Both the position numbers and the translations under genes were made by a program. A DNA stretch of 64,000 nt from assembly GCA_964016885.1 (NCBI GenBank), contig OZ024741.1, forward strand, positions 192,882,001 to 192,946,000, read 5' to 3'. The notes under the pieces were generated by a model. The model saw only the letters and a program-made list of their open reading frames with translations, was not told the DNA's origin and did no database searches. Origin of the DNA: Eledone cirrhosa (taxonomy: Eukaryota). Shown piece by piece: positions 15,411 through 28,441 of this stretch. Numbering within the stretch: position 1 is the first letter of the stretch; every line of letters begins with the position of its first letter.

Positions 15411-16574
15411 GGGGATTCTTTTCTTTGTTTTGTGCCTCTCCTTTGTTCTGCCCTACGCCATTTTGTTTTTGTGTGTGTTTTTATTTGTTTATTTATTTGT
15501 TTATTTACATGTTACTGGTTGGTTGTTTGTTCTATGTGTGTGTGTTTTCATTTTGTCCTTAATTGTAAGTTGTGATGTTGCTATTCCATTCATGTTTTCT
15601 ATTTAATTTTGGTTGGAGTTCATTTATGTTTATTGCCTCTGTGATTTGTCTAAACATGGCGTCTTTTCTGTGTGTAGATTTTATTTTTATTCCTATGTTC
15701 TCTAATTTGCCCTTATGTTCTATTTTAGCATGTTGGTGGAGTACTGATGATTCTGTTCTATCTTGAAACTCTCGCCAGTGTTCATTTCACCGTTCTCCTA
15801 TACTACGAGCAGTCTCACCTATGTACACTATATTCTTATCTTTACATTGTTCTTCAGTACATCTTATGCTATATGCTATGTTTCTAGTTTTACAGTTAAT
15901 ATGGGGGCTTAGTTTACAGATTATGTATTTCTTATCTATACAGGGAGGTCTTTGAAAAGGGTATGTATTACTAATAAGTGTTTTTATGGAGGTACCTGGT
16001 CTTTCTACTATCTTAATATTAAGTTTAAGTTTATCTAGGGCCCTTCTAAATTTGTAAGCTAATTCACTTCTAGGGGGTTGTATTGATGAACATTACACTC
16101 TGGTATTTATTGCTATCATACCATAAGTTTATTCTATTAATCTTATTCCTAGTTCTTTCTATTCAATTCCAAAATTTGCTCCTATACAAGTGACCATTTG
16201 TATCATTATTTACCATTTTTTCCCATTTGGTTCTGGCTCCTCTATATACTTTGATTTTATCTCTCTGATTGTAATCAGAGAACTGCATACAAATTGCAGA
16301 GGCAATAAACATAAATGAACTCCAACCAAATTAAATAAAAAATATGAATGGAATAGCAACATCACAACTTACAATTAAGGACAAAATGAAAACACACACA
16401 CATAGAACAAACAACCAAGCAGTAACATGTAAATAAACAAATAAATAAACGAATAAAAACACACACTGACACCCGGATGTAACACATGCGCAAACTAAGT
16501 ACACAACACACACAAAAACAAGATGGCGTAGGACAGAACAAAGGAGAGGCACAAAACAAAGAAAAGAATCCCCA

Positions 16575-16617
16575 GTCACTGAAGAGGTCACAGAATGTGT
16601 GACGAAAGAACTTTGAC
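16575..16617 (+). ncRNA. P3 variant hammerhead
   Basis: GTCA-CTGAAGA-G-GTCACA gaatg TGTGAC-GAAAGAACTT-TGAC. Confidence 0.65.
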
Positions 16618-16825
16618 AATATATGAACAACCGTCCGGTTGTGGAGCCAACCAACCGGAAATTTATAATTTAAAAAAAAAAAAATTTTTAAATTATAATA
16701 AATTGGAGTGAAATACCTGGTGCGTGTGTTTCTTATTGGCAACATGACACTCCCAAAGTATAACAATATCGGTTTCAACACACGTTTTCAGATAAAGAAT
16801 CTTGCTAAACAAATTCAGAAACGAA

Positions 16826-16904
<79 letters not shown>

Positions 16905-16905
<1 letters not shown>

Positions 16906-19790
16906 GATGGAAAGCTTTCCATTTCGATAAAGGAAGCGCCAGTCACTCGTCTGAATCATATGGTTTTAAACCATGTAAAAACCCACCCACAAACCCTCAT
17001 CTCGATGCTTTCGAACAAGATTTAATGAAAACGACCATGAACATTAAGTTAAACAAACATAGAAATAATGAGCTGCAGAGCAACATGAAAGCACTACTCC
17101 GAAGATTGCAAAATACCAATGGAATTGTTGTGAAAGCTGACAAGACATCTAACGTGTATACCATGGATATCGATACGTACAATAACTTCATACGCAACGA
17201 ACTACACAAAAAATATAGAAAGCAAATGAAACTACGCTAGCAAATATTAACAACGAGGCATATAAAGTGGTGAAGAATCTCAAGATAGACGATAGAACCG
17301 AGCCGATTATACCCGCTACCCCACCTTCAACCTGAAGGACCATAAGGTAAATTTTGACTCTAACCCTAAGATTAGACTTATATGCCCTTCTAAATCAGAC
17401 ATAGGAAAAATTAGCAAACATATACTTGACAGAGTAATAACTCAAGTGAAAAAGAACATTGAAATTAAATTATGGGGCCATACTATCGAAGCAATTCGCT
17501 GGTTTAATAACGTTAGGAATAAGAATAAATCTAAGTTTATACAATTTGACATAGACGAATACTACTCTTCAATCTCACCAAGCACTTTACGTAAGGCCCT
17601 ATCGTTTGCTAAGGTCAATTCCGACCTAATGGAGGACGAAATTAATATTATTCTCGAGGCTAGAAAAACCATTATTAAGTTTGATAACTGCTACTGGGAA
17701 CGTAAGGACAGACCCACAAATTTCGACATTACCATGGGTTCCAACGACTCAGCGGAGGTCACGGATCTCGTGGGAATTTACATAGCCCACATATTACATA
17801 GTAAATTTAGTAATCTACAGGGGGGGGGGGGATATACAGAGATGACGGGCTCTTATTAGTTAATAACTTGAATAACTAAAATCTTGAAAGGCTACGGAAA
17901 AATATTAGAAAATCTTTTAGTGAACTGGGTCTAAAAATAACATACGAATACAATCTTAAAGTAGTAAACTTTCTGGACGTAACTCTTAATTTAAATACCG
18001 GACAGATACGACCCTTCCACAAGATGAATGAGAACCTTACGTATATTAACTTTAACTCAAACCACCCACTCTCCATGATCAAATCAGTTCCCCGGAGTAT
18101 TTCTCTTAGAATCTCTCGCCTATCGTCTAACTCTGATATTTTTTAGTGAACACGCTGAATACTACAATAATGCATTAAGGAAGGCTGACCACCGGGATAC
18201 AATAGAATACATTGATAGGAATTTCCATAACACACATAGCTCTACACGAAATCAAGGAATACGTAACCGGGGGACTAAAATAATAGCGCACACACACAAT
18301 ACTACCAGACATACTAATAATAGAAAATCACCACCAAATAAATCACGTTGTAGAAAGTATATCTGGTACAATCCTATTTTTAATGCCTCGATTAGTACAA
18401 AACTATCTCTTTCATTCTTTAAGTTAATCAACAAACATTTCCCTAGTTCCCATAAATACAGCAAAATCCTGAACTCTAAAACTATTAGACTATCATACTC
18501 CACGGCACCAAACCTTGAAGCATACATAAACAAACTTAACTTAAGGCAATTAAACAACTCTACAAAACAAAACATTTTAGTAACAGATGGGCAGAACGTA
18601 ATATCTGCCTCCCAACCACTAAATGGGAGATGGGTATTACACAATCCACCTGTACCGCTATCACAACCTATCCATGGTATACCCGCTACCCACAACAAAG
18701 AATGTAACTGCCATCTACCTGAAAGATTTCCATTGAAGAATGAATGCTTAAAGTCCAACATTGTTTACCAATGCACGGTTGAATCGAACGACCAGAAATG
18801 GTATTATATCAGATCTACCACCACCTCGTTTAAATCTCGCTGGTACCGTCATCGATTCTCAATCGAACATCCTAATCACCGTTTTGTGACCACGCTCGCC
18901 AACAAGACTTGGCAACTCCGTGAACGCAACCAACAGTTCACCTTAAAATGGGATATACTTTCCAGCGCAAGTGCATATCGGAGTGGATTGAAGTACTGCA
19001 GGTTATGTAACCTTGAACTCTTTTACATATTAAAATCCAAAAACAAACTACTTAACGATAGAATTGAACGATCATTATACTGCAACCACAAACTAAAAGC
19101 TAAATTCTCTCACTATAAAATAACTTAACATTCGAACCCGTAAGTATAACATCGCTTTCTAGCTAACCACCTTCTCTTCCCCCACACTACAAGACAATAC
19201 ACTGCTTATCACTATAAATGGTAACCCAGTGCAATTCACAGATTACTACTACAAACCCAAAGTTCACTCACCACATAAACTTCGTCTGTCCCCTCTCTAC
19301 CTCTCTCTCTACGTCCATTACACTCTCTCTCTCTCTCTCTCGCCTTTGGCCTACCTCCCTCTCCACATCTATGAATCTGCCCTCTGGGGCAATAAATAAT
19401 TCCGACCTTAACTATCAACGCATCTCTCCAAAAGTAACCAGTATAATAAAACCCCTACCATAACATTTTGATTAAGATATCTACAAACCACTCTCTCCTA
19501 CTTCTCCAACCCCTGCATATCTTTCTCTCTCTCTCTCTCCCTCTCCCCTACTTTTCTCTCTTCCTTTTCACCTCTATCTTCCCCAACAACCCCACTTAAG
19601 GGTATTTACATTGTACATTTTACCATTTTGCTCTGAGGATACAGTGGTCACAGCATTGGATATTTAAGTTCTGCAAATACTTGTAAATTTGCACATAGCA
19701 TAACTAGGCTGTACAACCATCGTGGAAACATTGGTAAGCACACGGAATAAATTACCTTTTTATGATGTCTACCTGTTATTATTCATTCTT
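16905..19790 (+). mobile_element. Penelope-like retroelement P2 (Naiad-like layout), frameshifted
   Basis: KADKTSNVY, QFDIDEYYSSI, FDITMGSNDSAEV and YRDDG motifs, CNC..xPL knuckle, GIY-YIG ORF 18733-19128; HHR and AATAAA in the 3' pLTR; (TA)n flanks. Confidence 0.9.
19629..19740 (+). ncRNA. Hammerhead ribozyme in the P2 pLTR
   Basis: TGCT-CTGAGGA-[TAC/GTG, TGGT/ACCA, ACAGC/GCTGT]-GAAAC-ATTG-GTA-AGCA. Confidence 0.75.
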
Positions 19791-19990
19791 TATATATATA
19801 TATATATATATATATTTACACAGAGATATCCACGGTTAGTTGTGGGGTCTAGTCTTCATGAAGAACTCAATGTAACCGTATGTTGAAACTGTTGTAGGTT
19901 AAAATAAATCCCGGAAAACAATAAAACATCAAAACGAAAACAGAGTCATGATATAAGTTAAAACAATGAAATAAAAATTCAAATAAGATA

Positions 19991-20170
19991 ATTGTTTCTA
20001 CTTTAGGCACAAGGCCAGCAATTAACCAGTGCATTACTAGTACTTTATGTTATCGACCCCGTAAAGATGAAAGGCAAAGTCAACATCGGCGGGATTTGAA
20101 CTCAGATCGTAAAGGGACGTAACTATGCTGGAAAGCATGGCGTCCGATCCTCTATCGATACTGCCAATCT
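19991..20170 (-). mobile_element. tRNA-SINE S1
   Basis: Homologous to 42940-43124. Confidence 0.9.
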
Positions 20171-20210
20171 TAATTAGATAATAAAATATAATAATATAAT
20201 AATATAATAT

Positions 20211-20400
20211 AATTGTTTCTACATGTGGCACAAGGTCAGTAATTATCGCAGTGCATTACTGGTACTTTATTTTATCGACCCCGTAAGGATGAAAGGCTAA
20301 GTTAACCTCGACGGGATTTGAACTCAGACCGTAAAGGGACATAACTATGCTGGAAAGCATGGCGTCCGACCCTCTACCGATACTGCCAATCCAACGCCCT
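20211..20400 (-). mobile_element. tRNA-SINE S1, tandem neighbour
   Basis: Homologous to 42940-43124; flanked by (AATAT)n. Confidence 0.9.
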
Positions 20401-20719
20401 AATATAATAATATAATATAATGTAATATAATGTAGTACAGTATGGTACATTGTATATAGTATAATATAGCGTATGAGGCATCATAAATATTCAATACATG
20501 GCTAATATCTTAATGTTGGCGAGGAACAATTTCCGCAACATTTCAATCTCAACGGGTATGTACTGAACGTAAACTAAATATATATGTGATTCCTGTTTAC
20601 CTTCGGTTGCAACGTTTCTCGAAATATTTACTTCTGCGTTCACAGATTAAATTTGTTAGTTTCAGAAGATCCCGTTAATGTTGAAAGCAGCGATACTTTG
20701 CTTAAACTTTAATCTGTTC

Positions 20720-20721
<2 letters not shown>

Positions 20722-20784
<63 letters not shown>

Positions 20785-20852
20785 AGAGAGAGAGAGATAC
20801 AGACAGAGAGAGAGAGATAGATAGAGAGAGAGAATGAGAGAGAGAGAGAGAG

Positions 20853-20906
<54 letters not shown>

Positions 20907-21199
20907 TTTGTACGGCTTTTAGAGGAAGTTGTGACCAGCAGTACGTTGTTCGGTATTATTACGAAAAGGTGTAGCAGAGAATCCCGTGTGAACTAACAGC
21001 TCGGGAGGAAACTGCTTACCTCGAAGATTTATTTGCCATCGTTCTTGTCAACGCTCCGTTTACTTGGTATTTGTTGGTCTACAGTTAGATAAATGGCGCA
21101 CAAAGGATTAATGTTTATTGGGAAGATGTTTTTTGAATAAAAGACGGGTTAAAGCGACCTACAATGTATCTGTGTGTGTGTATATATATATATACACAC

Positions 21200-21262
<63 letters not shown>

Positions 21263-21535
21263 CATGTGTGTATGTGTGTGTATGTATGCATATATATATA
21301 TGTGTGTGTGTATGTATGTATATATATATATATATGTGTGTGTGTATATATACATATATTTTTATGTGTATATTTATATATGTGGATATGTGTATATCTA
21401 TATATGTGTATATGTGTTTGTATATGTATATATATATATATATATGTATATGTGTATATATGTGTGTGCATATGTATATATGTGTGTATATATGTATATG
21501 TATGTGTGCGTGTGTGTGAGTGCGTGTGTGCGTGT
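20722..21535. repeat. (TA)n, (GA)n and (TG/TA)n microsatellite blocks
   Basis: Direct reading; a unique spacer lies at ~20905-21165. Confidence 0.85.
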
Positions 21536-21699
21536 CTCTGTGTTAATTTAGCGAAGATATTACGTCAGCAATGACGTTATGCAGACAGTCAGGCATACAT
21601 ACAGATATTATAAGAGCGCGAGGGAGATGGATAACCGGCGCTTAACACCCTTTAACAACAGAAAATTGAAAAGAAAAGCGGCAGTTAGCATCTTTAGAC

Positions 21700-21812
21700 C
21701 ACAAGGAATATATAAATGCAAGTTTGAAGTCAATCGGAGTAGAAATGTGGATTTGTATAGACTTTGCAAAAATGAGGACACACAGACAACATCAGTTTTA
21801 TATATATAGATT
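21700..21812 (+). mobile_element. 3' end of a Helentron/DINE-1-like element
   Basis: AAGTTTGAAGTCAATCGG...ACACAGACA...TTTTATATATATAGAT parallels 14140-14234. Confidence 0.5.
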
Positions 21813-22671
21813 ACATATGTGCTGGGACTTTACGGGTTCTGACGACAAATATTTTAGTTGTTCGATCAACTCCAGATCGAGACTTTGACTCACATGTGGT
21901 TAAACATTCCACCAACACGTGTACCCATAACGTAATTTTCAAGAAATTCAACACAACACTGTACGTCAAGGTAAATCCTTTGAAGTACAGGCACAACTCA
22001 CTTTTTTCAGCTAAGTGGGCCTGAACAACATGAAAGACAAAGCACCATCAAGAGTCGAACTAACAACATTGCGATCGTAAGCTGATCACCATACGATATA
22101 TATATTATATTTCCTACATCAAACCAAGTCATTTGCCTCTCGTGCAGTAAGTCATCGCGCCCCGTATTTCAGCAGATGCAGTCGGCTTTTCGTAACACTC
22201 AACCTCTGTAGCCGTGAGCCGCGACAGACCTTCAAATCAGACACTGAAGTCCATTCACCACTTCAAGCACCACGACACCCGAACAGTGAAGCAACGTGTC
22301 GTTGAACAACCGTACGCATCCATCTGAGATCGAATAACACCCCTCCCCTCACGTCGTGGTTCGCCAAAGATCGGATTATGGCTTTGTTTCTACGCCGCAC
22401 CTCCGCCAATCAATATGTAATACATAGAAATTGAACGAAGACTGCGTTACACTGTCTTATTTAATCAGTAACGTAATCCATGATACATTAAAAAGATGAT
22501 ATTATATATAAACTGCATTAGAAGAAAATTAGTATGTTTATTTAAACGATGGCCAACCAGAAGTGTTGACATTTCAGAAATTTTAAAGAAGTCCCGCGCT
22601 CCTTACTTTATTATAGTTTAGATGAGTTTAAAAAAAAAAGTTAATAAATAAATAAAACGTTATATTTGTTT

Positions 22672-22905
22672 TACCCTCCCATTTCCAATTAAACCGAACG
22701 CTATCATGACTGTATGTATGTGTTTGTGTAAATGTATATGTGTGAATGTATGTATGTTTGTGTGAAAGTATGTGTGAGTGTATGTATGTTTGTGTGAAAG
22801 TATGAGTGAATGTATGTATATTTGTGTGAAAGTATACCCTCCCATCTCCAGTTAAACCTAACGCTATCATGACTGTATGTGTGTGTTTGTGTAAATGTAT
22901 ATGTG
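22672..22905. repeat. Local ~163-bp-period duplication with internal minisatellite
   Basis: TACCCTCCCAT...AACGCTATCATGACTGTATG occurs at ~22672 and ~22835. Confidence 0.75.
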
Positions 22906-23328
22906 TAATACATATGAATATATGAGAGGGATGAACACAGTTACAAGTATACATGTGTTCGAATTGCAAATGACCAAGTTAGCTAGGTTGAAAAATACTA
23001 ATTTAAAATAATATGTTTGCCTGTCTCGATTTAAAGTAATAAATCAATAAAAATTACGATTTTATTTGATGTATCATATCTACATGTATATATACCTGCG
23101 TATAATATCAATATACACACTACACATGCTAGTAGAAAACCACCCTAACGGTGGTTTTTCTACTAGTATTAATTAATGCTTATGATAATGTAGACGAATA
23201 ATTCATCCATGTTGATATTTGATTTCTCATGAAATTTATTCCACCATAGCTCACTGACGAATCGCCATACGGGAAGATTATCAATACTATTCACCGCCAT
23301 CGATACAGTCTACGGAATTAAAATCAAT

Positions 23329-23373
<45 letters not shown>

Positions 23374-23700
23374 CCTGTGTATTTATGCGTATATGTATAT
23401 ACGCATAAATACTTACATCTGCTAAGATTAACTGATAAATTTCTATGAGTTTTAGGTTTACGTTAATATTACTTCCAATTGTAATCAAAAATTTCACATT
23501 TGTACTGCAAATTGATAGAGAATATTTTGTACACACACACACACACACATGACAAGGCACACTTACACGTGCACAGTCACTCACGCCCGCAAGCATGCCC
23601 ACATAATTACACATATACACGTACGTAAAAACAACATCCATATACAACTATCTCAAAATCACTCTGAGTTTAAGTTCTCTCTCTCCCCTCTCTCAACATC

Positions 23701-23803
<103 letters not shown>

Positions 23804-24116
23804 CTCTCCCCTTATATATATATACCTCCTTCTCTATAAACAACCACATGTCATTGTAATGAAGCAATAGTTAATATGACTACATCATCCAATTTCCTCT
23901 TCCTTATCAACGTCAAAAATAAACAAAATCCTTGCAGCTGCAACAACTGCAACAAGAAGAAGAACAGCAGCGACAATAACAAACAAAAGCAGCAGCAGCA
24001 ATCACATCAACGCATTTAACAATGTTGACTGCAATAACAACAAGAACATCAACACCAACAAAAGTAACATCAACAACGCAACAGCAGCAGCAACAACAGA
24101 AGAAATAACAGTAATA

Positions 24117-24337
24117 ATTGTTTCTACGTTAGGCACAAGGCCAACAATTTGAGGGGAGGGAGAAAGTCAATTAAATCGACTCCATTACATTAATGGTACT
24201 TTATGTTTTCGACCACGTAAGGATGAAAGGCAAAGCTAACCTCGGCAGCATTTGAACTAAGAACGTATAGGGATGTAACACTATGCAACGAAGCATGGTG
24301 TCCGACACTTTATCTATACTGCCAATCCACCAACCTA
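24117..24337 (-). mobile_element. Diverged longer S1 SINE variant
   Basis: Same head, core and tail as S1 with an extra ~30-bp segment. Confidence 0.8.
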
Positions 24338-24342
24338 ATAAT

Positions 24343-24377
<35 letters not shown>

Positions 24378-24379
<2 letters not shown>

Positions 24380-25545
24380 GGTTAATCCAGTTAGAGATTG
24401 CGTTGAAAACTGCAACAATTGGATTATCTACATATCTAAGGGAATCACATGATTGGATGATCAAACTCGTTTTGAAATACGAAAGCATCAAAAGATCATA
24501 CTCCATTACAAAAGATGCACAAAGATACAGTAATGGACTACAAATCCCAGAAGTTCCATTTACTGCTGAAATGAAAAACACAGAAAAAGCAAAGCAGGTA
24601 AAAGTAACTGTAAAGAAAGAACTGCTACAGAAACTGGCTAAGAAATGGCAAGTAAAGCCTCTGTATGGAAAATACCCAGTGAGAGCTAACAATCCTGATG
24701 TTGACAAAACTTTAACCCATCAGTGGTTGGCTTCCTCTGGACTGAAATCGGAGACTGAAGGACTGATTATATCAGCACAAGATCAGTGTCTTCCAACAAA
24801 AAATTACCAAGCCAACATAATAAAAAATGGATGCAGCCCATTATGTAAAAAACAACCAGAGACCATTAATCACATAATTTCAATGTGCAGTCCTATAGCT
24901 CCAACCGAATACCTAAACAGGCATGACAGAGCTGCACAATACATACATTGGATAATGTGTAAGCATTTTGACCTGCCCCATCAAAAGAATTGGTGGGAGC
25001 CTCAACCACCTCCCATACTTGAAAAAGATCACATCTCAATCTTGTGGAACTTTAGCATCCAAACTGACCGAAAAATAGATGCAAATAGATCTGATATAAT
25101 ACTGAAGGACTTTAAAAAGAGGGTATGCCTGATAATTGATATGTCCGTTCCAATAGACAAGAATGTATCTATAAAAACATTTGAAAAATTGAGCAAGTAT
25201 GAGGACCTGGAGATAGAAATTGGAAAAATGTGGAAATTGAGAACTAAAACAATACCAGTGGTTGTGGGTGCTCTGGGAATGATACCTAAGGGGTCTAATG
25301 ATTACTTATCGCAAATCCCAGGAAACCCGCGTATAGAAGAAATACAAAAGATAGTACTAATGGAAACTGCCCATATACTAAGGAAGATTCTCTCAATATA
25401 AGTACATCACAAGTCTAAACACTAAAGATGCATGTGTGAGTATGTATGTTCTTTCTTGAACATGGCGGACCTTGTTGTCTCTTGAAGTCACTGGTTGTGA
25501 CTTGGTGATAACTCGTATGAAGATAAAGCAAGATAAATGCAACTG

Positions 25546-25576
<31 letters not shown>

Positions 25577-25590
25577 TATAATAATAATTA
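24378..25590 (+). mobile_element. R4/Dong-type RLE LINE family A, 5'-truncated 3' piece
   Basis: SETEGLIISAQDQ, CCHC remnant, RHD, NRSDI...IIDMSVP..K..EKLSKY (PD-D/ExK); (TAA)n on both sides; near-identical to 62320-63500. Confidence 0.9.
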
Positions 25591-25592
25591 TC

Positions 25593-28172
25593 ATAGAGGA
25601 ACTGAAGCAACGCATTGTAGCAAAGAGTGCAAAAATCAGGCGATACGAGAACAGAGTCAGTCAGTATAAACAGAACCGCATGTTCGACAACAACCAGAAG
25701 ATGCTGTCTGGACAGCTTGAGGAGAAAGAAAGAGGCAACGACTTGATCCCTGGGGCGGAGCAAACTAAAACATTCTGGAGAGGAATATGGGAGCAGGATG
25801 TTAGACATAATTTCCAGGCAGGGTGGATTGAGAAAGTACAGAGGGAGATCGGTGAGCAGGCACAACAACAAACTGATTTGAGTATCACAGTTGAAACTCT
25901 TGAGGGGCAGGCCAAAAAACTAACCAACTGGAAATCACCAGGCCCAGATGGTGTGCAGGGGTATTGGATTAAACATTTAACATCCCTCTACCCGAAGCTG
26001 ACGGCCATATTCAATGACTGCTTGGTGTCGGGTGAGGTGCCAGAGTGGTTGACAAAAGGTACCACAGTTCTGATAATGAAAGACCGAATCAAGGGTAATG
26101 ATGTTACCAACTATAGACCTATCACATGTCTGTCCGTAATGTGGAAACTGTTGACGAGCATTGTGTCTGAGGAAATCTACCATCACCTCCACACAAACAA
26201 CTTGTTACCGGACGAACAGAAAGGATGCCGAAAGAAGTCACGTGGTACAAAGGACCAGTTACTTATTGATAAGATCGTAATGGGGAATTGCAGGAGGAGA
26301 CACACTGATCTTGCCATGGGATGGATAGACTACAGAAAGGCATTTGACATGGTGCCTCATTCTTGGATCACCAAAAGCCTGGAGATCTTCAGGGTGGCAG
26401 ATAACATCAGACAGTTGCTAGGCAGGAGTATGGGGTCCTGGGAGACAGAGTTGACATCAACTGGAGTATCCTTGGGAAGCGTGAAGATCAAGAGAGGTAT
26501 CTTCCAGAGAGATAGCCTGTCCCCTCTGTTGTTTGTCCTTGCCCTGATGCCCTTGACCATTATGCTTCGAAAAGTGAGAGCAGGATACAAGTTGGGAAGG
26601 GGAGAGCTTACCATCAATCACCTCCTCTTCATGGACGATCTTAAGCTCTTCGGGAAAAGTGAGAAGGAGTTGGATGTGCTTGTTGACACTGTCCGTATTT
26701 TCAGCAGTGATATATGTATGCAGTTTGGTATTGGTAAATGTGGAGTCATTGTGATGAGGAGGGGTAGGTTGAGCAGAAGTAACGGGATCCAGATACCAAC
26801 AGGTGAGATGATAAAGGAAATTGACTCTGAGGAAGGATACAAGTATTTGGGCGTTCTGGAGGCTGATGGCATAAAGAACAAAAAAATGAAGGAATTGTTA
26901 AGAACTGAATACATTCGGAGAGTAAGGAGCGTATTGAAGTCACATCTGAACAGCAGAAATGCCATAAGCGCAGTAAATTCCCGAGCTGTGTCTATTATTA
27001 GGTACAGTGCGGGAATTCTGAGATGGAATGTTGCTGAACAAAAAGAAATGGATAGGAAGACTAGGAAGCTATTGACTATCTACAACATGTTCCACAAGAG
27101 GAGTGATGTCGATAGACTCTACCTAAGGAGATCTGAGGGTGGAAGAGGTCTTATCAGCATAGAGGACTGTGTTCAGATGGAGAAAAACAACCTATACAAA
27201 TACGTGACCTATAGTAAGGAGCCAATGCTCAGAACTGTACTGAAGGAGGGGACAGTAGGCCAGGGGATGTCCAAGGAGGAAATAACATCAAGGAGGAAGA
27301 GCAGCCTTAAGGGAAAATCCCTTCATAGTACCTTCTTTGAGAAAACTGAATTTAGAGATCCACAGACATGGAACTGGTTGAGAAGAGGAGACCTCAAAAA
27401 GGCTACAGAAGGAATGCTAATGGCTGCGCAGGAGCAGGCCCTCAAAACGAAGTGGTTGAAGCACCATATTTACAAGGAGGAGGCTAGTCCACTGTGCAGG
27501 ATCTGTGGAGAGAGAGAGGAGACTGTGGCTCACATTGTGTCCGAGTGTAAACACCTAGCCCAGACCCACTATAAGGGCTGGAGACACGATGTGATGGGCA
27601 GGGTGATCCACTGGCACCTGTGCAAAGTAAACAATTTACCACATTCTGAGAAATGGTATGAGCATAGGCCAGAGGCGGTGATGGAGAACAATCAGGTGAA
27701 GGTGCTGTGGGATTTTAGGATACAGACGGACAAAAAACTGGAACACAATAGACCTGACCTGGTGGTTGTGAACAAAGAAAAAAGATCGTGTCTGATTGTG
27801 GATGTGGCCTGCCCGTTCGACACGAGAGTGCAAGAGAAGGAGAGGGAGAAAATTAACCGATACCAGGACCTAAAGTGGGAGGTGAAAAGGATTTGGAACT
27901 GCCATGAAGTCAAAGTGATCCCGATTGTCATAGGCGCACTGGGGACTATCTCCAAAAGTTTCCAGGGATGGTTAAAGAAAATCGGCCCCTTCACGCTTTT
28001 TGGAACGCTTCAAAAGGCATGCTTGCTTGGAACAGCAAGAACCCTCCGATACGTCCTGAATATCTGAGGCTGCAGGTAGTGGCTTGATATTCAATCCAAC
28101 GGACTTTCCAGTTAACCAACATCAATGACTGAGATTCAAGGAATAACAACAATAATAATAATAATAATAATA
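25593..28172 (+). mobile_element. R4/Dong-type RLE LINE family B, 5'-truncated
   Basis: RT, CCHC and RLE in one uninterrupted frame; short 3' UTR and (TAA)n tail. Confidence 0.92.
25680..28067 (+). CDS. RT-zinc knuckle-restriction-like endonuclease ORF (795 aa, N-terminally truncated)
   Basis: KSPGPDG, YRPITCL, DYRKAFD, GIFQRDSLSP, LFMDD, CRICG..ETVAHIVSEC, RHD and RPDLV..IVDVACP motifs. Confidence 0.9.
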   Translation: MFDNNQKMLSGQLEEKERGNDLIPGAEQTKTFWRGIWEQDVRHNFQAGWIEKVQREIGEQAQQQTDLSITVETLEGQAKKLTNWKSPGPDGVQGYWIKHLTSLYPKLTAIFNDCLVSGEVPEWLTKGTTVLIMKDRIKGNDVTNYRPITCLSVMWKLLTSIVSEEIYHHLHTNNLLPDEQKGCRKKSRGTKDQLLIDKIVMGNCRRRHTDLAMGWIDYRKAFDMVPHSWITKSLEIFRVADNIRQLLGRSMGSWETELTSTGVSLGSVKIKRGIFQRDSLSPLLFVLALMPLTIMLRKVRAGYKLGRGELTINHLLFMDDLKLFGKSEKELDVLVDTVRIFSSDICMQFGIGKCGVIVMRRGRLSRSNGIQIPTGEMIKEIDSEEGYKYLGVLEADGIKNKKMKELLRTEYIRRVRSVLKSHLNSRNAISAVNSRAVSIIRYSAGILRWNVAEQKEMDRKTRKLLTIYNMFHKRSDVDRLYLRRSEGGRGLISIEDCVQMEKNNLYKYVTYSKEPMLRTVLKEGTVGQGMSKEEITSRRKSSLKGKSLHSTFFEKTEFRDPQTWNWLRRGDLKKATEGMLMAAQEQALKTKWLKHHIYKEEASPLCRICGEREETVAHIVSECKHLAQTHYKGWRHDVMGRVIHWHLCKVNNLPHSEKWYEHRPEAVMENNQVKVLWDFRIQTDKKLEHNRPDLVVVNKEKRSCLIVDVACPFDTRVQEKEREKINRYQDLKWEVKRIWNCHEVKVIPIVIGALGTISKSFQGWLKKIGPFTLFGTLQKACLLGTARTLRYVLNI

Positions 28173-28175
28173 ATA

Positions 28176-28441
28176 TGGAACTGCCATGAAGTCAAAGTGA
28201 TCCCGATTGTCATAGGCGCACTGGGGACTATCTCCAAAAGTTTCCAGGGATGGTTAAAGAAAATCGGCCCCTTCACGCTTTTTGGAACGCTTCAAAAGGC
28301 ATGCTTGCTGGGAACAGCAAGAACCCTCCGATACGTCCTGAATATTTCAGGCTGCAGGTAGTGGCTTGATATTCATTCCAACGGACTTTCCAGTTAACCA
28401 ACATCAATGACTGAGATTCAAGGAATAATAATAATAATAAT
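28176..28441 (+). mobile_element. Second short 3' copy of family B in the (TAA)n tail
   Basis: Near-identical to 27893-28150. Confidence 0.9.

Larger units (their letters stand above)
15200..16828. mobile_element. Penelope P3 insertion with inverted pLTRs
   Basis: 15200-15640 is the reverse complement of ~16300-16770; decayed GIY-YIG (YIGETARS) on the minus strand ~15650-16250; (TA)n flanks. Confidence 0.85.

Noticed and set aside
15741-15780. CTGATGA...GAAAC hammerhead-like motif
   Set aside because: Stems do not pair; it is the antisense of GIY-YIG codons.
19851-19900. TGAAGA...GAAACTGTTGTA followed by AATAAA
   Set aside because: Core is disrupted and stems are weak; possible relic, not called.
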